This document shows, piece after piece, positions 14,883 through 33,303 of a stretch of 64,000 nucleotides of DNA. Every line of letters begins with the position of its first letter. Within the stretch, counting starts at the first letter, position 1. The notes beneath the pieces were generated by a model, which worked only from the letters and a program-made list of their open reading frames with translations, was not told the DNA's origin and ran no database searches. Source of the stretch: the human T2T-CHM13v2.0 reference genome, Homo sapiens; NCBI RefSeq assembly GCF_009914755.1, contig NC_060926.1; one strand, 5' to 3'. A program made the position numbers and the translations under genes.

Positions 14883-15703
14883 TCATGGACCCCAGAAGGT
14901 CAAGAACAAACCAAACATCCCATGTGTTGCCCTTCCAAGTCTGGAGAAGTAAAACTTTCTTAGGGCAACTAAGGACAAATCTCATAAAAATCAACGAAAG
15001 TCTGCATTTGATGCCACAGTACAATGATAACCTCTGGCTCAGAAAACGGAATTTCACGTATTCAATAAACACCTGCTGGGCACTTGGCATGAGCCAGGTC
15101 CCTGGGCTGAGAATACAGCTGAACAAGACAGACAAGGGTCCTTCCCTGACCCAGCTTGGGAAAGGGAAGGGGAACAGTAGGGAGAGACAGACGAGTTTAG
15201 TGTGAGAAATGCTACTTTAGGGAAAGGACAGGGCACTGCTGGACCATCAACCCCTGTGGACTTCCCGGAAAAGATGACATCTCAACTGAGGCCGAATGGG
15301 AACCAGCCAGAGGAGAAGTGTCAAAGGTGGAGAGAGCAGGGAGCATGAAGGGCCAGAGGCGCAAAGGCGGCGGTAGGCGTTGGGGAAAAGTTCCGCGCGG
15401 CAGGCCCGCGAAGAGTGGGAGCCGCAGCGGTTAGCGGTCCGCAGACGCGGGGGCGGCACTCGAGTCACCCTTTCTCGGGCAGTGCCGGAGCGGACTCTGT
15501 GACACCTGGAAGGAGCCACGGTCAGGCCGGGCTGCCAGGCTCGACAGGAGGGGCAGGATCAGGCGGGAAGGGGTTGGGGCGGCGAAGGCCGGGAGCGCCG
15601 GGCAGTGGTCCCCCGAGTGGCTCCGAAACCCCCGCGATGCGACCCCCAACGAGCACCGATGCCGGGGCGGGAGCCCGCGCGGGCCGGGGTCGTGCAGTCT
15701 CAC

Positions 15704-15773
15704 CGACAGCCAGCGTGATGAAGGCCACCTGGATGAAGAGCGACAGCCAGCTCAGCAGGTACATGAACCACAT
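15704..15773 (-). CDS. TEX261: TEX261 exon 1 coding part (multi-pass membrane protein, yeast Svp26-like ER cargo adaptor family)
   Basis: gcgccATG at 15773, donor G|GTGAG; MWFMYLLSWLSLFIQVAFITLAV. The six exons sum to 591 nt = 196 aa plus stop. Confidence 0.95.
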
Positions 15774-15841
15774 GGCGCCCCCACCCGCCCGCTCCCCGGC
15801 CACCGGGACGGGCCTGCGCGCTTCGGCTCCGGCGACACACA

Positions 15842-15867
15842 GCCGCCACCGCCGCCGCCGCCGCCGC
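15842..15867 (-). repeat. Interrupted GGC/CCG trinucleotide repeat upstream of the TEX261 ATG
   Basis: Plus strand (GCC)2 ACC (GCC)5 GC. Confidence 0.85.
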
Positions 15868-16719
15868 GTCCCCGCCCCGCGGACGACAGGACGACGGTGC
15901 GCCGCCGCCGAGAGGAGCCCGGCCCTAGCGCTGCCCGGGGCCAGGCTCGCGCTAGCGCCGCCCGCCGGAGAGGAGGGCCAACCGCCGCTGCCCCGCCAGG
16001 ATCCCCCGCTCCACTGAGGGGAATGAATGCAGACCGCTGCAGCCAGAGGGAGGCGGGACGGTGCCCAGGGGCGGAGACGACCAAGCGCCCATACTGGGGC
16101 TCGGAGTGCAGCCTCCAGTCCCTCCCTGTGCACTCCCGTACCAGCCTGGAGGTGGTCCAGGGCCGGACAGGGCCGCCCGACCGCGCCCCAGCAACCTCCC
16201 CAGAACCTGCCTCCCGGCAGGTTGCGGACAAGTCTGTCTCTTGCTATCGCAGGTGATAGGGACAAAATTATTGAATTCCTAATATGTGCCACGCTCTGTG
16301 ATAAAGGCGAGGTGTGTTCTTGTCGGAAATTTGAGCAGATAATGTAAATCATTTTATAGACGGGGAAGCCGGGGCCAAAGGAAGTTGCCCTGGGTCATGC
16401 ACCTAGGAAGCGGCACAATCAGGAGTTGGGGTGATTTTAATCGGTCATCCTCCGGCCTAATTCCCCTCTAGGCTGTTCTTTTGGGGTACATTCTGCACCT
16501 TTGTATCGCCTGCACCTCACCCCTTGCCGGGCACGCAGGGCGTCCGCTAGGCGCTGGATGCATTTACTACACCTCTGGGAGGGTTCCTGAGGGGCACCTG
16601 GAACCGGTTAGTCCTTGTCAACAAGTCTCCCATCTAGTGGCGGAGACAGGCATGCAAAATAAAGTATGTAGAACAAGAGTCTAGTAGGCTTATTTCAGAA
16701 TCATATTTTTCCTGCATAA

Positions 16720-17280
16720 AAATACGTATTCCTAAAAAAAACAATTACCGTATGATTTAGCAATTCTACTTCTGGGTATATACCCAAAAGAACTGAGAAA
16801 GCAGAGACATTTGTATACCAATATTCATAGCATTATTCACAATGGTCAGAAGAGGGAAGCAACCCAAATGTCCATCGGTTGACGAAAAGATAGACATAAA
16901 GTGCTATAAACATACAATGGAATATTATCTAGCCTTAAAATGAAGTGAAATTCTGACACATGCTACAACATCAATGAACCTTGAAGGCATGATGCTAAGT
17001 GAAATAAGCCAAATAGGGAAGGACACACATTGTATGATTCCCCTCATATGAGGTACCCAGAGTAGTCAAAATCATGGGCAGAAAGTTAAATGGTGCTTGC
17101 CAGGGTCTGGGGGACAAAGAATGGGGAGTTACTTTTTAATGGATACAGGGTTTCAGTTTGGGAAGATGGATGGTGCTGATGGCATCACAACAGTGTGAAT
17201 GTGCTTAATGTCACTGAATTGTATACAGTGTTACAGAATTGTAAAATGGTTAAAACGGTCAATTTTATGTTATGCATAGC
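16720..17280 (+). mobile_element. Old L1 (L1M) 3' fragment
   Basis: gcaattctacttctgggtatatacccaaaagaa...aaccttgaaggcatgatgctaagtgaaataagcca, L1M 3'-end motifs. Confidence 0.8.
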
Positions 17281-17319
17281 TTCCCCCTCCCCCCAACAAA
17301 ATACATAAGATTACAAAGC

Positions 17320-18150
<831 letters not shown>

Positions 18151-18488
18151 AGATTACAAAGCAAACCAATTATATAGAAATGCAAGTATTAAACTATTTT
18201 TAGAAAACCAAATGTATTCTGTAATTTATGTGCTTCTCTATTAATATATGACATAAGCAGACCTATTGCAAAATCTAATAGCTACCTACCACAATGACAA
18301 AGTAGGAGTGAGGGTAAATGATATTTCAAGATATCATTAATCATATGAGAGAGTTATAGATAAAAATAGAAACTTTTCTCCTTCCAAGTTTCCAGGCGTC
18401 TTAAAATTGTCTCCCTAAATTCTATACCTGCTGACTTCTAAGGGGTCCCTGGACCCCCAGTTAAGAATACCTGAGAGATATGTATATG

Positions 18489-19121
<633 letters not shown>

Positions 19122-19276
19122 TGAAAACAACCTAAGTGTTCATTGATAGGAAACTGGTTAAGTATATTTAGCCCTAAAAGCCAATGAGGGTGTTCTTTAT
19201 GTACCTATATAGGACTATTTTTGAAAAAAAGCAAAAGAATGGGGAAAAGAATCTATATACACATTTTTTGCAGGGA

Positions 19277-19569
19277 GGGACAGGGTCTCACTCTGTCACC
19301 CAGGCTGGAGCACAGTGACAAGATCATGGCTCACTGCACCCTCAACCCACAGGGCTCAAGACATCCTCCCACTTCAGCCTCTCAAGTAGCTGGGACTACA
19401 AGTGCATGCCATAACACCTGGCTGATTTTTTTATTTTTATTTTTTGTACAGATGAGGTCTCATTATGCTGTCCAGGCTGGTCTTGAACTCCTGGGCTCAA
19501 GCAATCCTCCTGCCACAGCCTCCCAAAGTAGTACTTTGGTAATACAGGCATGAGCCACGTCACCCAGGC
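19277..19569 (-). mobile_element. Alu (J-like)
   Basis: Reverse Alu consensus. Confidence 0.88.
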
Positions 19570-19951
19570 TACACATTTCTTTCTATAAAATATCTCTGGA
19601 AGGATACGTTAGAAAACAGTAATATTGCTTGCTTCCTAGGAAGAGAAGGGGTGGGGTTTCAGAGTAGGAAACAGCATTCCCACTGTATGTCTTTTTATAT
19701 CCTTAAAATATTGAACTATGTAAAGATATGGAAAGGTGTTACCTATTCATAAATGAAGTTTACAATTAAAATGTTCATAATATGATGGGCCTGCTAGGAT
19801 GTCTCCAATTTCCTGTTGTTACCCAGTCCCTATGTGAGGAAAAACCATTGAGTTGTGCCTTACTGGTAAGTTTGCTAACCTTAGGTCATGGGACTTGGTC
19901 ATCCCTGATTGTTCCAATAGGGGAGCTTCATGTCCAGATCTTTTCTATTGA

Positions 19952-20325
<374 letters not shown>

Positions 20326-20833
20326 AGTAAAGTCTCAATTGGTATTTTTTTTTCCCTAAACATCTTCCCAGGGAAGGAGGAAACTATAAAAATATCCCCC
20401 ATCCCTCTCCAGAATTGTAGATAAGGGAAACTGGAGGCCCCAAAAGGTTAAGTGCTTTCACCTTTGAACCAGCCTTGTTTTTCCAGGGCTGGGCACTTTC
20501 ACTTCCCACAGTTTTAAAGCCAAAAGTAGCCTGAGAGAGGTAAGGCTGAGGATTCAAATTTCCTCCGATGGCAGGAAGAGAGAGGCCACCATTTCCTGAG
20601 AGTGGTGAGAAGTCAGGTCCACCTGACCCAACAGGACAGGGCGGGGCTCAGGGAGGATCCTTAGGCTGTGTTTGGGGAAGGAGTTACAAGGGGAGCAAAC
20701 CCAGGCCTTGCCTGAAGGAGGGAAGGAAGGATAGCAGGTCCCCACACTCAATTCAAGGGACTCATTTCAAGAGTGAAAGGGTTTGGAGGTTCAAAGGTGA
20801 CTGACCAGTTTGTTGATTTAAATATTGACAGGT

Positions 20834-21448
<615 letters not shown>

Positions 21449-22292
21449 CCACACACAAATGTTACCATTTAATGTTTGTAGGGTGAAGGACCAACTCCGT
21501 ATATTTCATGAGAGGGTTCTAGGGGAAACTAGTTATTTCAACATAATAGGTGTCTCTGCTTCAGAAAACAAAGACCAAATTTCTTTTCAGGTTTTTGGCT
21601 GAGATGAAGTGCAGAAAGCAATAATTGCTAGCATTTATAGTGTTCTTTCTCTGTGTCAGACACTGCTCTATGTGATTTGTATGTACTAACCTATTTAATA
21701 CACACATCTAGCACAGGCGATACTATTACTGTCTCCATCACAGCTAAGAAACCAAGGCACGGAGAGGTTCAATATCTTGTCCAAAGTCATACCACTAATA
21801 TTTTAAGCAGCCAGGGGTCAAACCGGGGCAGGCTGGCTCCGGAGTCCACATGGTTTTCTCTGGTCTTTCTGAGTTGAGTCACCTGACTTTGCAGTTAGGG
21901 TGATTCTGCCTGCCTTGTCATCAGGTGCCATTTGGCCAGTGGGCTGGGTCCTGCCTCATCTCCCTGCAGGCTGCCTGGTCCCCCGGGCTTTTCCTCTTCT
22001 CCCCTGCCTTTATCCTTGCAGGAACAAATGAATACACCTCAGGGTTCTGGCTTTGACCACCCCTGGTCCCCTCCACTGTCTTCACCCACTCCCCTTCTCA
22101 TTCTAACAGACTTACACATTCACTATGCCTGAGGCCAAGGACATCCTTAGTAGGATCTGTGGTCCCAGTGGTCCACCCACACGCTGGGGACCTGCACATC
22201 CCCAGGGGCTAGGAAGGTGCGGGGAGGTGGAAGTAGGAGGCGGTACGGCCGGAAGTCGGCCGCCAAAGTTCCCCTTGCCGGGCTGTGTTGGC

Positions 22293-22311
22293 TGCTGCCC
22301 TCTAGTGGCGA
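22293..22311 (-). promoter_or_regulatory. CTCF-like motif with adjacent ETS motif
   Basis: Minus strand CGCCACTAGAGGGCAGCA fits the CTCF core; CCGGAAGT at ~22249-22256 in a small CpG cluster. Confidence 0.6.
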
Positions 22312-24042
22312 CCAGAGGAGCTGGCGAGGACCGAAGCCAGGTTCATCGCTTATGGAAAGCAGTTTTGAGAGACAGTGGGGACCCCACTACCCGACTCATG
22401 AAGGCCAGGTGGGCAGGCCCCGAGAGTACACACAGCCGACACCCACCCACCACACACACACAGTACACAAAATTGTAGACAGGGTCCACCTCGGCATCAG
22501 GGCTCCTGCTGCCCCGGCATGGTCTGGCTACAGACGATGGTTGTTGTGTGAGAGACTGTGAGAGACACTGTGAAATCAGACATGGCAGAGACAGGCCTGG
22601 AGGCCCAGGGCCCTCCCTCTGCCTAGTCTTCTCCTCCCCCGGTGTGGCTCTTACCTGGACCTGAACTCCTTCCCCACCAGCTCCCCAGGCCTCCCAGGAG
22701 CACAGCTTTGGGGTAGGAAGAGCTGAGGAGAGAGGTTACCGCCCGCCCCACTGCACCCTAACACATGCCATCCACCACACGATGTCCCCTCTTTAAGGTG
22801 CCACATGCTGGGGGAAATTTTTCCTGTGATGGCCCCTGTAGTTGGCAGGTGTGTTGCTTGGCACCCCACCTCTAAGATCTTGGTTCTGCAGCCGGCTAGC
22901 AAGACCAAAATTCTAGTGAGAGACAAACTACAATGAAAAACAATGACCCCTGCTATGTCCACATAATCTATGTGTCTAGGGAAGCTAGGCCTCCCAACCT
23001 GGTTTCTACACGGTGCCTGTGCCTCACCCAAGCAGCTGCCACACAGTCCTGGCACCCCCCCATCCCTGTCACATGCCTGCGGCCCCAACTCAGGTGGCTG
23101 GATTAAAGAGCTTCCTAGTGACAAGTCCTCAAAGGGCACTATTAATTGCCTCAGCATTGTCTTCAGCTAAACCACTAGAGGATAAAGGGCAGGGGGTGGG
23201 GCGGGGGTGAAGGGGTGGGGCTGGGGAACGACAAGAAGGAACGGGTGGGGAGGGAAGCACACACACACATGCACACACACACACACATGCATGCACACAC
23301 ATGCAGCAGAGCCCCTGAGCAGGGCTGCTCTAGTCCCATAGCCTGGGGCGCAGGGAGGCGGGCAGCTGGCTGATGAAAGTCCAGCCTCCCTGGGCTAGCA
23401 GCTCCTCTCCTGAGGCAGCCCCATTAGCCAGGACAGCAGAAAGCCATTCACGGTCACTCCTGTCATTAGCATAACGCGGATCACTGGAATCTCGGCTGAA
23501 GTGTCTCTCTGTCTTTATCCAAGCAGCTCCAGGGGGTCCTCCCATGACAGGAATTCCTGATGAGAAGAAAAGGTGCAGCTCTCTCTGACAAGCTGGCTCC
23601 TCTCCTCAGAAAAAAGAAAGAAACAAAGAGAAGAGGATGACATTGAATGTATCAGAGAACTAAGAAACTTCTGCCAGCCTGAGCAACTTCTCCAGCCAGG
23701 GCGACAGAGCAAGACCATGTCTCAAAAAAACAAACAAATGAAAAAAGAAATTTCTGGATGAGGAGGATGCTAGCTCTACATTCCACTTCACAACCAGGCC
23801 CTACATCAGCCTATATTTGAATACCATGGCAATTCACTACCCCACGATCTGTGAGGAAATTTTTCCTTACACTAAACAGATTGGTCCAGTTTCCACACTT
23901 GGGACTGCCAGAAAAAGCCTATATATCTAATATAATTTATTATAAATAGATGATATTTGTTGGACATGTCTTTTGCCAGGGACTGGGTTAGGTCCTTTAT
24001 ACACTCTCTTGTTTAACACCCACAATAATTCTATAAAGTAGA

Positions 24043-24085
<43 letters not shown>

Positions 24086-24368
24086 GAGACAGAGTCGCTC
24101 TGTCACCCAGGCTGGAGCGCAGTAGCATGATCACGGCTCACTGCAGTGTTGACATTCCCAGGCTCAGGTGATTCTCCTACCTCAGCCTCCTGAGAAGCTG
24201 GGACTACAGGAGTATGCCACCATGCCTGGCTGATTTTTGTATTTTTTCATAAAGACAAGATTTTGCCATGTTTCCCAGGCTGGTCTTGAACTCCTGGGGC
24301 TCAAGCAATCTGCCTACATCGGCCTCCCAAAGTGCTGGAATTACAGGCATTAGCCACCACACCCAGCC
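24043..24368 (-). mobile_element. Alu (J-like) with (TAT)n tail, inserted in a MIR
   Basis: (TAT)n at ~24043-24085; reverse Alu; MIR core ccattttacagaggaggaatctgaggcacagagaagttaag follows. Confidence 0.9.
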
Positions 24369-24832
24369 AAAATAGGTACCCATTAGATCCATTTTACAGA
24401 GGAGGAATCTGAGGCACAGAGAAGTTAAGTAGCAGCTAGCAAGTCCCAGGTAGGGCAATCCATACTAGTATACTCATGACACTGGACTTTCAGTGCTAAC
24501 GCCAGGAAAGCCACTGGCATACTGGGACAAGTTGGTCACCCCAGGCCCCAGTCTTCCTGGCAATAGCATCCACATGCTTACCCACTGAAATACACTGCCT
24601 TGGAACGTCCACTCTTCAAATGTTTCTCACACGCACACGCACGCAGACACACACACACAATGCCCCCAAGTCTTCTTCTGGACCATGTCTCACCTTTTCA
24701 CAGCCATTCTTCATTTAAGACAAGTGCCAGTCCCTTTGCCAGCCTCCTCCCTCTCTCGCCAGTGTTTCCTGGGCAGCATGTCCATCCCTCCTGGTGCAGC
24801 TTCCCCCAGGTCTTGTGCAGAGTCAGAGTCAG
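24336..24832 (+). repeat. Local direct duplication, copy 1
   Basis: Aligns by eye with 26275-26770; near-identical ORFs 24204..24458 and 26128..26397 (MPYLGLASCYLTSLCLRFLLCKMDLM). Confidence 0.92.
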
Positions 24833-26274
24833 ATGCTGACAATCAAGGGGACCATGTCCATAGGTTGAGGGTTTGTGCCCGAAGTCCTATTTTCCTTTTT
24901 TCCTTCCCAGCAGAGCCTCTATTTTGTTTAGAGCAGCAGTGTGCCCTGCTTTTAAAAAAACAAACACAAAATAGAACAACTCTCCATATCACCCTCAGCC
25001 CAACCACTGGAGGAGGAAGGTCTGATTCTGGGGCAGTGGGTGGTGGCGGGAGGAGGAAAATGCACAGTGAATCTCAAATCCAAAGAACACGTTAGGATGG
25101 TCTCCCTCGGGGGTCCCTCCATGCCTTGGCATTCTCCACTCCACCCAGACAGAGGGGAGAGAGCTGGGCGCTATCTTCTCTTTCTGTGGGGTTCTTGCCT
25201 CAGACACAGAATCCCCCATCACGCATTACCACTTGCCCACCTCTCCACCTGAAAAACACCCACCCATTTTTCAAAGCCCAGTTCAAATATTTCCTGAGTA
25301 GGCCATGGAGTGTCCTCATCTCTGTGTCCACAGTTCCCAGCACAGGTCCTGGCATGAAGAGGTACGTGAGGTGGGCAGGAGTTATCCTGCCTATGGGGAT
25401 GGCCTCTGCAGCCATATTTCTGCCAAGTCACCCTCCCTCCGTTAGAGGTGGAGATCCTTGACCCAAGCTGGCTAAATGGGCTTTTTCCCACAACTGGAGA
25501 GTGGACATGAGTGAGGCCAGATTGGCCTGTGTGCAGTGTGTGGCACTGAGCCATCTCGATGGCAGCTTGTGAGCCCCGTGGTGGACATTTATGCCACGTG
25601 GCAATGACAGAGGAAGCCAGTCTATGGTGAAAAGGCCCTAGCTGATGCTTGTGAGGAGGGTACAGTCAGTGGGGTGTGGCCTCAGCCTTACAGACCCTTC
25701 CGGTTCTGGCTGCTCCCAGCACCCTTGGGTTCTTTGAGGCACTACTGAGTTTCTATTTCTTGCAACTCAAGTGTCCTAACTGCTCCAGAAGAGGAGGTTC
25801 CCAGGGGTCAACAGATGCTGATCCAGAGTCTGGGCCCTGCCTGTCCCACAGCCAGCCATACCGATGTCCCCTTGTTGTCCCCTAACTCCCAGTCTGGTAG
25901 CTCTCATCTGTGGCCGTTCATTGTAGTTAACTCAGACAGTTTGAATCAGACTCTCTAGGACGGGCTCCAGCATCAGCAGCTCTTCAAGTCAGCCTGCTTC
26001 CACAGGGCCACGTCCCATTTCTTCAGGGCTTCCACAGGGCAGCCAGGATGGAACACAGCCCTAGAGAAGGAGAAGCACAGGAGAACACTGGGCCACTAGA
26101 GTCCTGAGCACCAACACCCACCTTCTCCTATGCATAGCTACAGAGATGACGGCGGTGGAGGGGGCTGCAAGTGAGGCCAGCCCTGCCCAGCCTGCCCTTC
26201 CTCCTAATCCTACCCAGCAAAGGTGAGCCCTGGAGCTGTCTTGGTCCCACCCACCACTCGCATGCATGACACAT

Positions 26275-26770
26275 TGGAATTACAGGTGTGAGCCACCAGA
26301 CACAGCCAAAATAGGTATCCATTAGATCCATTTTACAGAGGAGGAATCTGAGGCACAGAGAAGTTAGGTAGCAGCTAGCAAGTCCCAGGTAGGGCAATCC
26401 ATACTAGTGTACTCATGACACTGGACTTTCAGTGCTTAAGCCAGGAAAGCCACTGGCATACTGGGACAAGTTGGTCACCCCAGGCCCCAGTCTTCCTGGC
26501 AACAGCATCCACATGCTTACCCACTGAAATACACTGCCTCGGAACGTCCACTCTTCAAATGTTTCTCACATGCACACGCATGCAGGCACACACACACACA
26601 CACAGCCCCCAAGTCTTCTTCCAGACCATGTCTTATCACAGCCATTCTTTGTATGAGACAAGTGTCAATCCCTTTGCCAGCCTCCTCTCTTTTTTGCCAG
26701 CATTTCCTGGGCAGCATGTCCGTCCCTCCTGGTGCAGCTCCCCCCAGGTCTTGCACAGGCTCAGAGTCAG
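26275..26770 (+). repeat. Local direct duplication, copy 2
   Basis: As for copy 1; offset ~1939 bp. Confidence 0.92.
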
Positions 26771-27631
26771 CCATGACACTCTGAGTCATAGCTCTGAAAC
26801 TCTGAAGAGCCCTGTCCATCCCGTGTCCCTGCCTCCTGCGCAAACCCCTCCTCCATGCCACCCGTGATCACTCCACGCGCCCTTCCTGCCCCTTCTCTCT
26901 GCCTATCCAGTTATCAGTCTTTCAAGACCTAGGTAACATCCCTGCCTCCAGGAAGCCTTCCCAACTGCTCCAGTCCATTCTAACCTTTTCTCCTCTAGCT
27001 TCCTCTTTGCACCCAGCATTCACTGTCCTCATGGGACATACTCACTGACTCCCTGTGACTTCTCTTGCTTCTTATCTGACTTTCCAGGCCTTTAAAACCT
27101 TGCCTCACTGACCAGTCTGTGAGACCCTTGTCTGCTCACCACACCCTGGCCAAATATTGAGCCAGACATGAGGGAGATGCTCAGGAGTCGATGCACCAGT
27201 GGATGCCCCCACCCCACTTTCCCACTTCCCCAGTCTGGAATGGGGAATGAGGGGCCCATCCTAAGAAGGGTCCTTGGAGAATCAGGTTGGATAGGAGCAG
27301 GCGCCCTCTCTCTCTCACACACACACAACTGCGGCTGATGGCACCAGTTGATGGCAGAGGGATGGGAGAGGCTAGATTACCTCTTAATTTCATCCCAAAC
27401 CTGAAATCTCCGAGCCCAGCACAGCAGATCAGCTTCCTGTGGCAGCCATACTGCCTGTCCCACCCAAGCTGCCTGTCTTTACTCACCAGCACTCTCCATG
27501 CACCTTCAGGGGGAGGGGGCTGGGGGTGGGCAATGGTAGTGATGTGAGTCTGAAACCACAGCCAGAGACCAGTAAGAGACCAAAATCAATGTGTGACTAA
27601 TTTTAGGGCTGCTGCCTTGACTGGCTGCATG

Positions 27632-27633
<2 letters not shown>

Positions 27634-27668
<35 letters not shown>

Positions 27669-27687
27669 TGTGTGTCTGTGTGTGTGT
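27634..27687. repeat. (TG)n microsatellite
   Basis: Read directly. Confidence 0.92.
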
Positions 27688-29019
27688 AATGACAGTGAAG
27701 ACAAAGCTAATTGCAAACCTCTGCCAGCCAACGGCAGCAGAATTGCATCTCCCGAGACCTTCTTGAGTCTCCTTGCCATCCCCATATGCAGTGTTGGTGA
27801 GAGCTGAGCAGGCAGCTTCTCCCCAGAGAGCCTCAGGGCAAGGCTGGGGAACAGAGTGTTATAGACGTCAGAGGCTGACAGGCACAAACCTCGGCACATC
27901 TCACACACAGAAAGGCACATACAAGAGAGGCCCCCTGCAGCTGGCAGTGCAGGGGTCCCAGGGAGTGCACAGGTAAACATGGGGCACATGAGGACTCACT
28001 CACAGACACTCAAGCAAGCAGGAAGGTACCAGACCAACCTAGACACCAAATACACACAGGTACCAGGCCCACAGACACAGCTTCACACCTGACATCCTCC
28101 TGAGACACCCAAATTAATCTTCCTCAGTCAAAGGCAGCCTTTGGCCGGTTTGGTGCAGTGACAACAGTTTGTCATACCCATCTCACCTCCCTTTCTTTGC
28201 ATCTACCCAGTTTTTTTGAGGTCCCCTGAAGCGGGGCCAGCTGAGCTTCCCCTGCCCTAGACCTAAGAGGTTCTCTGTCCCAGGGTTGTGGGGTTTGGGA
28301 GATTGGAGGTCAAAGTTGGAAACTGGCTTTCCACCCCTCTGCTGGGGGCTGGAGCCTGCCCTTTCCATGGAGGGGAGGTGGTTGGGACAGTGAGGGCAGG
28401 CAAGGCCTCCCAGCTTTCCCAGGCCCCAGCCCTGGTTGCTTCACTTGCTGGAATTGCACACCGCATCAGGCCTCTGACCCCCTAGAGAAAGTCTGGGGGC
28501 AGGGGCTGGGAGAGCCTGGTCTGGAGTCTCCAGGGTCCCCTCAGGCCTCTGGGCAGGCCTATCCCGTCATCTGCCAGCAGGTCCAGAACATCCATGGGCA
28601 GCTGTGACTCTGGCCACTAGAATGCAGCTTCAAAAGCAGCTTCAGGTTCCGGTCCCAGGGTCAAGCCTGGCTGTGTGAGCCCTGATCACTCTTCCTGGGA
28701 ATCTCTGGGAGCTAGACACCATGTGGACATAGCTGGATCTGCAGAGCCAGGGGTACCCACAGGGACAGTGCCAGGCACTGACTACACAAGCAGGGGAGGC
28801 CTGTGTGTGCCAGGCAGAGGAGCTGGGCCTAGGGAGGGGGTCAGAGCTGCCTCTCAGGGCTGAGCTGGGCAAATAGGTTCTTACTGAGGGCTGCCCCCGT
28901 CTGGGCTGTCAGATGCCACCCCAGATATAGTATCTCTTTTCTCCTCCTGTCCACACTACACACAGCATAGTAGAATTCCAGCTTCTCTCACTCTGGCCCT
29001 GCTCTCTGCCTTCTGTTTA

Positions 29020-29315
29020 TAGCCCTCCTCTTTCAGATATTCAACGGCTGCTTCCGCATCATTTAGGCCAAGATCACCTCCTCAGGGGGGCCCTCCCTTA
29101 TCACACTAGCTAAACAGCAGCCCCCAGCCCATTCCCCACTTTACCTTTCCTCATAGCACTTATCACTACAAGACAATATAGTCAATGTTCATTTATTCTC
29201 TGTCTCTCCCACTGGAATGTGAACTCCATGAGGGCAGGGACTTTGGCCTGACTAGTCCCAGAATTCCCAGTGCAAACAAAGTAGGCATGCACTAAATATG
29301 TTCGATGAACATGAG
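29020..29315 (+). mobile_element. L2 3' fragment
   Basis: ctcccactggaatgtgaactccatgagggcagggact...gtaggcatgcactaaatatgttcgatgaa. Confidence 0.65.
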
Positions 29316-29928
29316 CAAGCATGCACATGCAACTGACACACGACAAACATGTGCACACGCAGACACACAACACACATGCATGCACCCCCGCACGCACTTG
29401 TGAGCAGAGGCATTCGCATGTCTCACTTGGCTCAGCTCCTGAGAGCCTGAGGGAAGCATTATCACCCACACTCTCCCACTCAGGCAGCCTGCAGTCGGAC
29501 TCCGCTCAGCTCTCCTGGTGCTAACTCGGCCTGACACACCGGTTGCACATGGGACCTCCTGTGGAAGCTGCAGCAAGCCCACCACCATTGTGGTGGCTGC
29601 TAATTGGCTCTGTGTTGGGCCGTGGGTCATCGCTCGGTCAGCCATGGCTGATACCTTCTTCCCACTTGTCTCAGGAAAGGCGCGGCTGTCCCCTCTGCTT
29701 AGTCCTCAGCAGGCCACTGAACCGAACATGCCTGGCCACATGGGACCAACTGGGCCAGCCAGCCTTTTGGATGGTGGCTCCAGCCCCACTCATTCTTGAG
29801 AGAGAGCAGAGAGAGCTCAGCAACAAGACTGGCCCTGGGCTGAGTTGTTGCCCACGGATGTAGTGTAATAAAGAGGGTATGATGAAGGGCCCAAGCCCAG
29901 CATCTGTGCATAACCTGTCACAGTGCCC

Positions 29929-33303
<3,375 letters not shown>

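Larger units (their letters stand above)
15340..16260. promoter_or_regulatory. CpG island / TEX261 promoter and 5'UTR
   Basis: Very high GC and CpG density spanning exon 1, with GC boxes. Confidence 0.9.

Noticed and set aside
15415-16347. Plus-strand ORFs of 100-200 aa over the TEX261 promoter
   Set aside because: Low-complexity Ala/Arg/Pro/Gly products expected from stop-poor CpG-island DNA.
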